Assembly: GCA_903937325.1 (NCBI GenBank)
Contig: CAIZYV010000052.1
Location: forward strand, 1 to 34,624
DNA: 34,624 bases
Direction of reading: 5' to 3'
DNA from: Candidatus Falkowbacteria bacterium
GTDB lineage: Bacteria > Patescibacteriota > Patescibacteriia > Patescibacteriales > UBA12465
Under the pieces are notes generated by a model that was not told the origin of the DNA, searched no databases, and saw nothing but the letters and a program-made list of their open reading frames with translations. A program made the translations under genes and the position numbers. Shown here piece by piece: positions 1-10,658 of the stretch. How positions within the stretch are numbered: the stretch's first letter is position 1; the number at the start of each line of letters is the position of its first letter.

Positions 1-1
1 C

Positions 2-745
2 CCCCTTTTAACTAAACGTTCTGATACAAAACGTGTAGCTATTATTTTAATTGCTTCCAACCGTGGCATGTGCGGTCCTTATAATGCCTCTATTATTAAT
101 AAGGTTAAAGAATCTATTCAGCGTCATCCCTCTGTCCCGGTTGATTTTATTTTAGTTGGTAAAAAAGCGGCGGCTGTTTATACACAAAATCAGACAGTCG
201 CGGCTGAATTTCCGAAAAGCGATCTTTTAAAAGATTCTGCTGAGGTATTACCGATAGTTAAAATGGTAACTGATGATTTTTTGAGCGGGCGTTATGATAA
301 GATTTTTGTGGCTTATACGGATTTTATTAGCCCGGCGAAGCAGATTCCGCGTGTTAAGCAATTATTACCCGTGGATATTGATTCTCAAGAAGGCTATCTT
401 GGTATTGTTGGTGATCCTAAAGTTAGCGTTAACAAAGAAATGTTGCTGGATAAGGAGAGTAAACATTTGGTGCCAAAATCCGGCTTTGAATATATTTTTG
501 AACCCAGTCCAAATGAAGTTTTAGATAAGATTATACCCCGTCTATTAGAGGTCCAGGTTTTTCAAGCTTTACTAGAAGCAAATGCTTCTGAACACAGTGC
601 TCGTATGAGCGCCATGCATCAAGCGACTGAAGCCGCTACCGATATGGTCCAGGAACTAACATTATTTTATAATAAAGCCCGCCAAGCCGGTATTACGGCG
701 GAAATAGCGGAAATCAGCGCTGGCGCTAACGCCCTGCTCGATTAA
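2..745 (+). CDS. atpG: ATP synthase F1 gamma subunit (5'-truncated by window edge)
   Basis: Frame is open from base 2 (PLLTKR...IILIASNRGMCGPYN). The C-terminus SEHSARMSAM...YNKARQAGITAEIAEI is diagnostic, and the gene lies directly upstream of atpD. Confidence 0.97.
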   Translation, partial: PLLTKRSDTKRVAIILIASNRGMCGPYNASIINKVKESIQRHPSVPVDFILVGKKAAAVYTQNQTVAAEFPKSDLLKDSAEVLPIVKMVTDDFLSGRYDKIFVAYTDFISPAKQIPRVKQLLPVDIDSQEGYLGIVGDPKVSVNKEMLLDKESKHLVPKSGFEYIFEPSPNEVLDKIIPRLLEVQVFQALLEANASEHSARMSAMHQATEAATDMVQELTLFYNKARQAGITAEIAEISAGANALLD

Positions 746-2158
<1,413 letters not shown>

Positions 2159-2163
2159 TTATT

Positions 2164-2604
2164 ATGGCCGAGAAAAAAAGTATTAAATTTGAAATCGTTA
2201 CGCCCGACCGAACTGTTTTGAAACAGGAAATTTTGCAAGTCAGCGTTCCGACTCAGGATGGCGAAATAACCATTTTGCCCGATCATATTCCTTTAGTTTC
2301 TATTTTAAAGCCGGGTATTTTAGAAATAAAAACCTTGGATCAAGAAACAGAGATTATGTCTGTGTCTGGTGGTTTTATCGAAGTTTTGCGCGATAAAGTT
2401 GTTATCTTAGCCGATACGGCCGAAAGAGCACAGGAACTTGATGAAGATAAAATTACTGCCGCCCGTGCTTTAGCGGAAGCGGCAAAAATTGAAGCTTTGA
2501 CTCGTTCTGATTATGATTTCTCGGCGGTTGCCGCGAAACTAGAAACAGAATTGGCCCGTGAGCGCGCTTTGCATAAATGGCGCCGCCTTAAAAATATTAA
2601 ATAA
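2164..2604 (+). CDS. atpC: ATP synthase F1 epsilon subunit
   Basis: FEIVTPD, GEITILPDHIPL and VSGGFIEV motifs; follows atpD. Confidence 0.97.
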   Translation: MAEKKSIKFEIVTPDRTVLKQEILQVSVPTQDGEITILPDHIPLVSILKPGILEIKTLDQETEIMSVSGGFIEVLRDKVVILADTAERAQELDEDKITAARALAEAAKIEALTRSDYDFSAVAAKLETELARERALHKWRRLKNIK

Positions 2605-2630
2605 TTCAAGTAAATAGATAAATAATAAAC

Positions 2631-2637
2631 AAGGAGG
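2631..2637 (+). promoter_or_regulatory. Strong Shine-Dalgarno AAGGAGG for ORF 2644
   Basis: AAGGAGG ends 6 nt before the ATG at 2644. Confidence 0.8.
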
Positions 2638-2643
2638 AAAACT

Positions 2644-3456
2644 ATGTTTGAAATTATGACAGAACAAAATGAAGTTCATGACACAAAACATGATCATGAG
2701 CAACACGAAAATCACGAAGCCTTATTTAATCAGGAATGGGAGAAATCTCAATTAAACCAGATTATTAAAGGTTTTAAAGACGGCCGACCTTTGTCGGAAT
2801 TAGTGGCTGAATTGCCTGGGTTTAAAGAATCTTTCCAGCATCCATTGGATTGTTTGGACTGTGCTGACGGCCGAGTTTGTTCTGGCCGCAAGCTAGGTCT
2901 GGCAGGCCAAGGAATTCTGTTAGGAGCTGATGACCAAGCCAAGCTCGATGCCAAAATTGCTGAGATTGAGAATTTGACCATTAGTGGTCATGAGAATTGC
3001 GGCGCCGCCGGCATTGCTTGCCAGGGAGCACCTGATAGTGATGAACAAGGTTATGCTTATACTAAGGAATTGGCGGCTAGAAATGGTCGTCCTTATAAGG
3101 AAATTCATAAAGATGAGTTTCGTTGTGCTGTTCATAATGAGCGCTGTCTTGTTTTAGAAGGTACTGGTCGTTTTGATGTAGCTAATCTCCAAGGATTTCC
3201 CGGACAATTTATTTCTTCCGCGGAGTATTTTGGTCTTAGCGAAGAATACCAGATGACCGAAGCCAAGGCTTTGATTGGCATTGCTTTAAGTAGTCATAGT
3301 TTTGGCGAACGCTTTGATCAGGAAAATCCTTTTTATCTTTTGATTTCCGCTGATAATCAAGAACAACTTGATAAGATGAAATCTTGGGCTGAAAAAGTGG
3401 CCGCTGATTATGAAGGCAGGGTTAAAGTTGATGCCTTTATTGCTCCAGAAAAATAA
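2644..3456 (+). CDS. Putative carbonic-anhydrase-like metalloprotein (beta/zeta type)
   Basis: CADGR (CxDxR) and GHENCGA (HxxC) give the Cys-His-Cys metal ligand set plus the Asp/Arg dyad. His-rich N-terminus and strong SD. Confidence 0.6.
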   Translation: MFEIMTEQNEVHDTKHDHEQHENHEALFNQEWEKSQLNQIIKGFKDGRPLSELVAELPGFKESFQHPLDCLDCADGRVCSGRKLGLAGQGILLGADDQAKLDAKIAEIENLTISGHENCGAAGIACQGAPDSDEQGYAYTKELAARNGRPYKEIHKDEFRCAVHNERCLVLEGTGRFDVANLQGFPGQFISSAEYFGLSEEYQMTEAKALIGIALSSHSFGERFDQENPFYLLISADNQEQLDKMKSWAEKVAADYEGRVKVDAFIAPEK

Positions 3457-3474
3457 TTTTTTTATTTGGATTAT

Positions 3475-3508
3475 AAAAACCGCTAGCTTTTAGCCAGCGG
3501 TTTTTTTA
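3475..3508. terminator. Bidirectional intrinsic terminator
   Basis: AAAAACCGCT...AGCGGTTTTTTT between convergent genes. Confidence 0.85.
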
Positions 3509-3537
3509 TTTGTCATTTAAAGACGAGTGCTAGAATT

Positions 3538-4317
3538 TTATAGTAATATCCAGGCCAATAAAATTAAGCCTAAAGCAATACGGTACCAGCCAAAGATTTG
3601 AAAATCATGCTTTTGAATAAATTTTAAGAAGAATTTTATACCTATTATAGCAGTTACAAAAGCGGTAATGATGCCGATACACCAAAAGAGCGGTTCCTGC
3701 CCCTGTAAAGTGGGGGGAGTTTTATATAAGTCGAGGATTGTTGCCGCTGCCATGGTTGGCAGAGCCAAGAGAAAGGAAAATTCAACAATATTTTTGCGCG
3801 AAACACCGAGTGAAATTCCACCCATGATGGTGGCGGCTGAGCGTGAGACGCCAGGGATAATGGCTAAGGCTTGAAAAACACCGATTAAGCCGGCTTGCCG
3901 ATAACTGAGGTCCGTTAATCTTTGTTCGCTTAATTCTTGATTTTTGCGAGCAAAATATTTTTCTAAAATAATTAGGATAATTCCTCCAATTAATAAAGCG
4001 GCGGCAACTAAAGGCAGGCTTTCCATCAGGTAATTTTTAACTAATTTATAGGCGGCTAGACCTATAATCGCGGTGGGAATGAAGGCGGCAGCAATTTTCA
4101 GAATTAATTTTGGTTCTTTAAGTAGTTTCTGAGCATATAAAGCCGCTACAGACAAGATGGCTCCGAGTTGTATAGAAATCAAAAAACTACTTAAAAAGTC
4201 GCTGTCAGGCAGATTTAAAGCCTTAGCAGCTATGATGAGATGGGCGGTGGAAGAAATTGGTAAAAATTCCGTAATGCCTTCGAGTAAGCCAAGTAAAATA
4301 GCAATGCTGATTGTCAT
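3538..4317 (-). CDS. uppP: Undecaprenyl-diphosphate phosphatase (BacA/UppP)
   Basis: EGITEFLPISSTAH and PGVSRS motifs; multiple hydrophobic segments. Confidence 0.97.
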   Translation of the reverse strand: MTISIAILLGLLEGITEFLPISSTAHLIIAAKALNLPDSDFLSSFLISIQLGAILSVAALYAQKLLKEPKLILKIAAAFIPTAIIGLAAYKLVKNYLMESLPLVAAALLIGGIILIILEKYFARKNQELSEQRLTDLSYRQAGLIGVFQALAIIPGVSRSAATIMGGISLGVSRKNIVEFSFLLALPTMAAATILDLYKTPPTLQGQEPLFWCIGIITAFVTAIIGIKFFLKFIQKHDFQIFGWYRIALGLILLAWILL

Positions 4318-4437
4318 ATTAAAATTATTACGTGCTTAAGAAAGACTATTTTCTTAATTTTGGAGGATATTTATTACTTTAATTTTACTATATTTTTACT
4401 TTGTCCGCCAGCCTTTTTGCTGGACAATTATTATCCC

Positions 4438-4466
4438 TTGACATCCCTTACTAAAAGCCTTAAAAT
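4438..4466 (+). promoter_or_regulatory. sigma70 promoter of groESL
   Basis: TTGACA (4438-4443) - 17 nt - TAAAAT (4461-4466), directly upstream of the CIRCE element. Confidence 0.85.
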
Positions 4467-4476
4467 AGGCTTATGC

Positions 4477-4503
4477 TTAGCACTCGACATCTTTGAGTGC
4501 TAA
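4477..4503 (+). promoter_or_regulatory. CIRCE element (HrcA operator)
   Basis: Exact consensus TTAGCACTC-gacatcttt-GAGTGCTAA upstream of groES. Confidence 0.97.
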
Positions 4504-4601
4504 TAAATATATTAATAAAAATTTTATAATATCAGCCAAAATAATCATTAAAATTTCTTAAATTTTTTCGATTTTTTTCATTATTTTTGGCCTTTAGCCT
4601 T

Positions 4602-4895
4602 ATGAAATTAAAACCACTTTCTAATCACGTAATTGTGAAAGCGGCTCCCCAAGAAGAGATGACTAAGTCTGGCATCGTTTTACCCGGTACCGCCGATAAG
4701 GATCGTCCGGAAAAAGGAGAAGTTATTGCTGTTGGTACTGGTAAAATTTTAGAGAGCGGCCAGCTTTTGCTGATGAGCGTTAAAATTGGTGATCAAGTTG
4801 TGTTTAAAAAATATTCTCCGGATGAAATTAAGATTGATAATGAAGACTTCTTAATTTTAAACGAGAGTGATATTGTCGCGATTTTAGAAGATTAA
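4602..4895 (+). CDS. groES: Co-chaperonin GroES
   Basis: MKLKPL start, TKSGIVLPGTA mobile loop, GEVIAVG. ATG at 4602. Confidence 0.98.
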   Translation: MKLKPLSNHVIVKAAPQEEMTKSGIVLPGTADKDRPEKGEVIAVGTGKILESGQLLLMSVKIGDQVVFKKYSPDEIKIDNEDFLILNESDIVAILED

Positions 4896-4945
4896 TATCA
4901 TATTTAGTAATTTAGTTTTTTTAACAGGAAAATTGTTAATCTTAA

Positions 4946-6628
<1,683 letters not shown>

Positions 6629-6645
6629 TCTAAATTAAAGCTTTT

Positions 6646-6675
6646 AAAAGAGGTGGTTTAATACCGCCTCTTTTT
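6646..6675 (+). terminator. Intrinsic terminator after groEL
   Basis: AAAAGAGGTGGT...ACCGCCTCTTTTT. Confidence 0.85.
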
Positions 6676-6685
6676 GTTATTGTAT

Positions 6686-6714
6686 TTGGATGTCGCCTTC
6701 TTTTTTGCTATAAT
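6686..6714 (+). promoter_or_regulatory. Putative sigma70 promoter with extended -10
   Basis: TTGGAT - 17 nt - TATAAT with TG at 6706-6707, upstream of ORF 6744. Confidence 0.65.
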
Positions 6715-6743
6715 ATGATTATAAAAAATAATGTTTTAAGTAT

Positions 6744-7235
6744 ATGTCGATTAAGAAAAAAGTCCCGATCGCGAAAAAAAAATCGGTGCTTGTCGCTGTT
6801 TCTGGTTATTTTAATCCTCTTCATGTCGGGCATTTAGAGATGATTAAATTGGCGAAGAAGTTGGGGGATAAGCTTGTGGTTATTGTTAATAATGATAAGC
6901 AGGTTAAGCTGAAAGGCCGGGTGTCTTTTATGTCCGAGCAGGATCGTGTAGCGATTGTTAAAGCATTGCGCGATGTTGACCGGGTTGTTTTAGCAGTTGA
7001 TGATTATCGCTGGCCTGACGGAGAAGTGCCGGTTATTAAAACTTTAGCCAAAGTGAGGCCTAATATATTTGCTAACGGTGGTGATCGTAAGAATTTAGCC
7101 AATGTGCCTGAATATGAAGTCTGTCAGAAATATAAAATTAAGATGGTTGATGGTTTGGGTAAAAAGATTAGAGCTAGTTCTACGATGATTGCCGAAGCCG
7201 CCGCCAAGAAAGAAAAATTAAATAAAAAGAAATGA
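6744..7235 (+). CDS. Cytidylyltransferase-family nucleotidyltransferase (TagD/RibL/RfaE-domain-II-like)
   Basis: SGYFNPLHVGH (HxGH), LVVIVNND and terminal RASSTMI. Substrate cannot be assigned from sequence. Confidence 0.85.
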   Translation: MSIKKKVPIAKKKSVLVAVSGYFNPLHVGHLEMIKLAKKLGDKLVVIVNNDKQVKLKGRVSFMSEQDRVAIVKALRDVDRVVLAVDDYRWPDGEVPVIKTLAKVRPNIFANGGDRKNLANVPEYEVCQKYKIKMVDGLGKKIRASSTMIAEAAAKKEKLNKKK

Positions 7236-8170
7236 TTATACGCCGATTAGCCAGATATTTTTTAATCTTTGCTTTATGTCTATTAGCGACGGTCTTACTT
7301 TTGTCGTTAATTTTTGGGCGTAGTCTGATCCGATCGCTTGCCGGAGAAAATAGTTTTTTAAGTCGTTTGGATAATTTATTAAAACAAGAAGAGCAAGTAT
7401 CAACAGTCCTACGCCCAGAAAAGACCGTTCGTTTTGTTGAAGGCTGGACAAATCGCGATATGGGTCAATATCTCGAAGGCCAGGGTATTTGGCAGAGTGA
7501 AGAATTATTAGAGTCAGCTGGTTTTCCTCAGGTAGATTATAGCTTAGAGACAGATATGCCATTGCCACTAGATTTTTCTCAGCAATATAATTTTTTACAG
7601 GACAAGCCTCTCAGCCGCGGCTTGGAGGGGTATTTATATCCCGATACGTATCGTATTTATGCTGCTAGTTCAACCCCGGCTGATTTAATTGTAAAGATGT
7701 TGTCTAATTTTGATCAGAAATTAACTGCGCAGATGCGGGCTGATATTAAAAAACAGGGAAAGACAATTTACGAAATTGTTACCATGGCTTCTATTTTAGA
7801 AAAAGAAGCGCCGATTAATTATGCTTCCGGTGATAATCGTGACGCCCGTATTATTGCTGGAATTTTTTGGGATCGGATAAAAGTTGGTCAAGCTTTGCAA
7901 TCTTGTGCCAGCCTTGCTTATATTCTGGGCGTGAATAAATCGCAATATAGTGCCGCCGATACACAAATCGAATCCCCTTATAATACTTATAAATATCGCG
8001 GTTTACCTCCTGGTCCAATCAGTAATCCGGGAATCTTAGCGATTGAAGCGGCTATATATCCATTAAGCACAAATTATAATTATTTTTTAACACCATCGGG
8101 TAGTAAGGAAATAATTTATGCCGCTACTTATGAAGAGCATTTGCGCAATAAGAATAAATATTTGCCTTAA
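7232..8170 (+). CDS. mltG: Endolytic transglycosylase MltG
   Basis: N-terminal TM anchor; LEGYLYPDTY, ASILEKE and SPYNTYKYRGLPPGPISNPG. ATGA overlap with the upstream gene. Confidence 0.93.
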   Translation: MIIRRLARYFLIFALCLLATVLLLSLIFGRSLIRSLAGENSFLSRLDNLLKQEEQVSTVLRPEKTVRFVEGWTNRDMGQYLEGQGIWQSEELLESAGFPQVDYSLETDMPLPLDFSQQYNFLQDKPLSRGLEGYLYPDTYRIYAASSTPADLIVKMLSNFDQKLTAQMRADIKKQGKTIYEIVTMASILEKEAPINYASGDNRDARIIAGIFWDRIKVGQALQSCASLAYILGVNKSQYSAADTQIESPYNTYKYRGLPPGPISNPGILAIEAAIYPLSTNYNYFLTPSGSKEIIYAATYEEHLRNKNKYLP

Positions 8171-8175
8171 ATCAT

Positions 8176-10563
8176 ATGTTTGAACAAGTGCAAAAAAAAT
8201 CAGGAGAAAGTGACGGTAAAAAAGTTGTCGGTGGTGCTAATAATTTTGTGACCGCTGCTGATCGTTTGTCTGAGCAAAATAATCCTGGCCGCCGTCACTG
8301 GATTTTTCTTGTTTTGTTAGTTTTTTTAGCTCTTATAATATTTGGTTTTTTCGCTTGGTGGCTTTGGGGTCGTTTAAGAAATGAACCGGCGGTATCTCTG
8401 CAAGAGCTTGAAGCTGCTGTTTTGGAGCAAGCACGTTTGGATAATTTGCATTTAGGTGATTCTGGCGACACAACTGACGTGACTAGCAGTACAACGCCTG
8501 TTAGTGAAATAGAATATTTGTCTTTTGCTGATTTTTATCAGGCTCCTACTTCCGGACAACGAGAATTTAATTTTGCTGGGTACGACTTGCCGATGAATGT
8601 GAAAATAAATGTCGCTAATTATTATGAACTTTCTCGAAAAATAGATTTACAAAGCAATATAGATTATTTAAATAATAATGGTTTTGCTGTAATTAATAAT
8701 CCTTGGTCGAAAGAGGCGGCCAATTTTTATTCTTTAGCCGTTTATCTTGATAATCAGCAAATCCCTTTGTTTATAAGTGCTGATTTTATTTCTTATTATT
8801 ATCAAAGTGTTTTAAAGTCTACTTTTAAAGAAATAGAAGAAGGCGTTTTTTACGAGAGCCTTTGGAATATCAATAAAACTCTCTATGATCGGGCTCGCAA
8901 CCGCTACGAAACACATCTAGCCGCTATTGGTAATGTTAATGATCGAGTTTTAGAGGGAGAGCGTTTAGAGACAGCTTTCTTTGCTGTTTCTTTAGAATTA
9001 TTACAACCATCTCTTGATCAAATTGATTTAGCTAATAAATTTTCTGTCGGTAAATTTAGCCCTCAAGAAGCGCAACGTTTTGATTTTACCGTACCCGCTT
9101 ATCTCAGCGATGATGTGTTAAAAGAATTAACCTTAATCAGAAAAGCTTATGGTAAAGAAAAATCTCCCGTCCTGCTTTATGATCGTAATTATCCAGATTT
9201 TGTTGTTCCGATAGAGTATAAGGATAATGCGCGTTTGCATAATTTTTATCTGGCAGCAGCTTGGCTTAATTCTGTTTTTCCTCTTAACTATCGCGATGAT
9301 TCTTGCCCAGAATGTCTCTTGGATAAGGATGATTGGCGAATTAATTTTACGGCCGCTTGTTTAATATCTCAAGATTTTTCACAGAATCAGGAATTAAAGA
9401 ATGAATGGGCCCGTGTTTACAAAATAATCTCTTTTTTCAAAGGCCTGCGCGATACTTGGAATTATGTTAATTATCACGATCAGCTTAGCCTTCTTTTTGG
9501 TGAAGATTATCAGATAGATACTTTATTTGCCGAACAAAATAACGAATCTTTAGCTGACATGGAAAAGTTGCGTCAAGCTCTCTTGGCCAGAGATTCTGTG
9601 CCGATGCAGGGAGCTTTGAATCTTCAATCGATGAGCGGCTTTAGCGCGGCGGGAATGCAGTTTTTGGCTGATTTTTATTGGCCTAATGATTTTATCTTTA
9701 GTGGTTTGCGCTATCCCCAAGTTGGCGTTTATCAGGGTGGTGATAAATTAGGATCGAGCAATGTTACTGCTTGCCAAGTCCAGAGAAAAAATCAGCGCTG
9801 TCAGGGTTCTGGCCAAGATGTCCTTAGCCTGATCTATCCTAGCTGGCAAGGAGATACTTTTCTAGAAAATGCTAATTATGCTAATTACGCGTCTTCTTTA
9901 GAAAAATTAAGGCCTTTAGCGACGGAAGCGATGAATAATAATCTTAATAACTATTGGTCTTCTTTATCTTTGTGGCGTTATTATTTGCAGGCGGATGATC
10001 AACATTTGCCTGCTTATTTGCGTTCTGTCGCTTGGCGGGGACAGATGGCTAAGAGTGCTCTTGGTGCCTGGGTAGATATGCAATTACCAGCCGATAAGCT
10101 TAGTTTACATAAGGATGTAAAAGAAAAACAGCTGTCATCTAGTGATGGCACTCCTGATTATGCCTGGGTTGAGCCTAATCTTGATTTTTTAGATCGCTTA
10201 ATCGCCCATAATCAGATGTTGCTTGGCATGTTTAAAGCTCTGAGTATCAATGAGCGCTCTAGTGTCGCCGTTAATAATTTAAACGAGGCCGATCGGCAAT
10301 TATCTGGGTTGAGAGCAATTGTCGAGAAACAAGCGCGGGCGGAAGATTTAAATAGCGACGATAATCAGTTTATTCGTGATTTTGTCCGCGCTTATAGCGT
10401 GGAAAGGGAAGGAAAAAAATCTTTATCTTGGCAGAGTACGGCAGTGGGGGCAAAGATAAAAGAAACTTTAGGGATGCCGCGCTTATTAATTATCGCCCAT
10501 CCGGTGGCCGGTAAACTTATTTTATCCGCCGGCCCTGTCTTTGATCACCAGGAGAGTCGATAA
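8176..10563 (+). CDS. Membrane-anchored DUF3160-like large extracellular protein
   Basis: Single N-terminal TM. NGFAVI...IPLFISAD, ALGAW, WVEPN and terminal AGPVF resemble DUF3160 proteins (recalled, not searched). Confidence 0.7.
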   Translation: MFEQVQKKSGESDGKKVVGGANNFVTAADRLSEQNNPGRRHWIFLVLLVFLALIIFGFFAWWLWGRLRNEPAVSLQELEAAVLEQARLDNLHLGDSGDTTDVTSSTTPVSEIEYLSFADFYQAPTSGQREFNFAGYDLPMNVKINVANYYELSRKIDLQSNIDYLNNNGFAVINNPWSKEAANFYSLAVYLDNQQIPLFISADFISYYYQSVLKSTFKEIEEGVFYESLWNINKTLYDRARNRYETHLAAIGNVNDRVLEGERLETAFFAVSLELLQPSLDQIDLANKFSVGKFSPQEAQRFDFTVPAYLSDDVLKELTLIRKAYGKEKSPVLLYDRNYPDFVVPIEYKDNARLHNFYLAAAWLNSVFPLNYRDDSCPECLLDKDDWRINFTAACLISQDFSQNQELKNEWARVYKIISFFKGLRDTWNYVNYHDQLSLLFGEDYQIDTLFAEQNNESLADMEKLRQALLARDSVPMQGALNLQSMSGFSAAGMQFLADFYWPNDFIFSGLRYPQVGVYQGGDKLGSSNVTACQVQRKNQRCQGSGQDVLSLIYPSWQGDTFLENANYANYASSLEKLRPLATEAMNNNLNNYWSSLSLWRYYLQADDQHLPAYLRSVAWRGQMAKSALGAWVDMQLPADKLSLHKDVKEKQLSSSDGTPDYAWVEPNLDFLDRLIAHNQMLLGMFKALSINERSSVAVNNLNEADRQLSGLRAIVEKQARAEDLNSDDNQFIRDFVRAYSVEREGKKSLSWQSTAVGAKIKETLGMPRLLIIAHPVAGKLILSAGPVFDHQESR

Positions 10564-10585
10564 TTTATCTTTATTTTTTAGTTAT

Positions 10586-10615
10586 AAAAAAGCTGCCTTT
10601 AAAGGGCAGTTTTTT
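10586..10615. terminator. Bidirectional intrinsic terminator
   Basis: AAAAAAGCTGCCTT-taa-AGGGCAGTTTTTT between convergent genes. Confidence 0.8.
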
Positions 10616-10658
10616 CTATCTATTGACAAAAACTATGATTACAAAATCAGGGCTTTTT

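Noticed and set aside
3525..3533. GAGTGCTAG, resembling a CIRCE right arm
   Set aside because: No TTAGCACTC arm at the required spacing.
7236..7568. 110-aa minus-strand ORF
   Set aside because: Lies entirely antisense within mltG and has no motifs.
10623..10650. TTGACA after the DUF3160 terminator
   Set aside because: No acceptable -10 box at 16-18 nt spacing.
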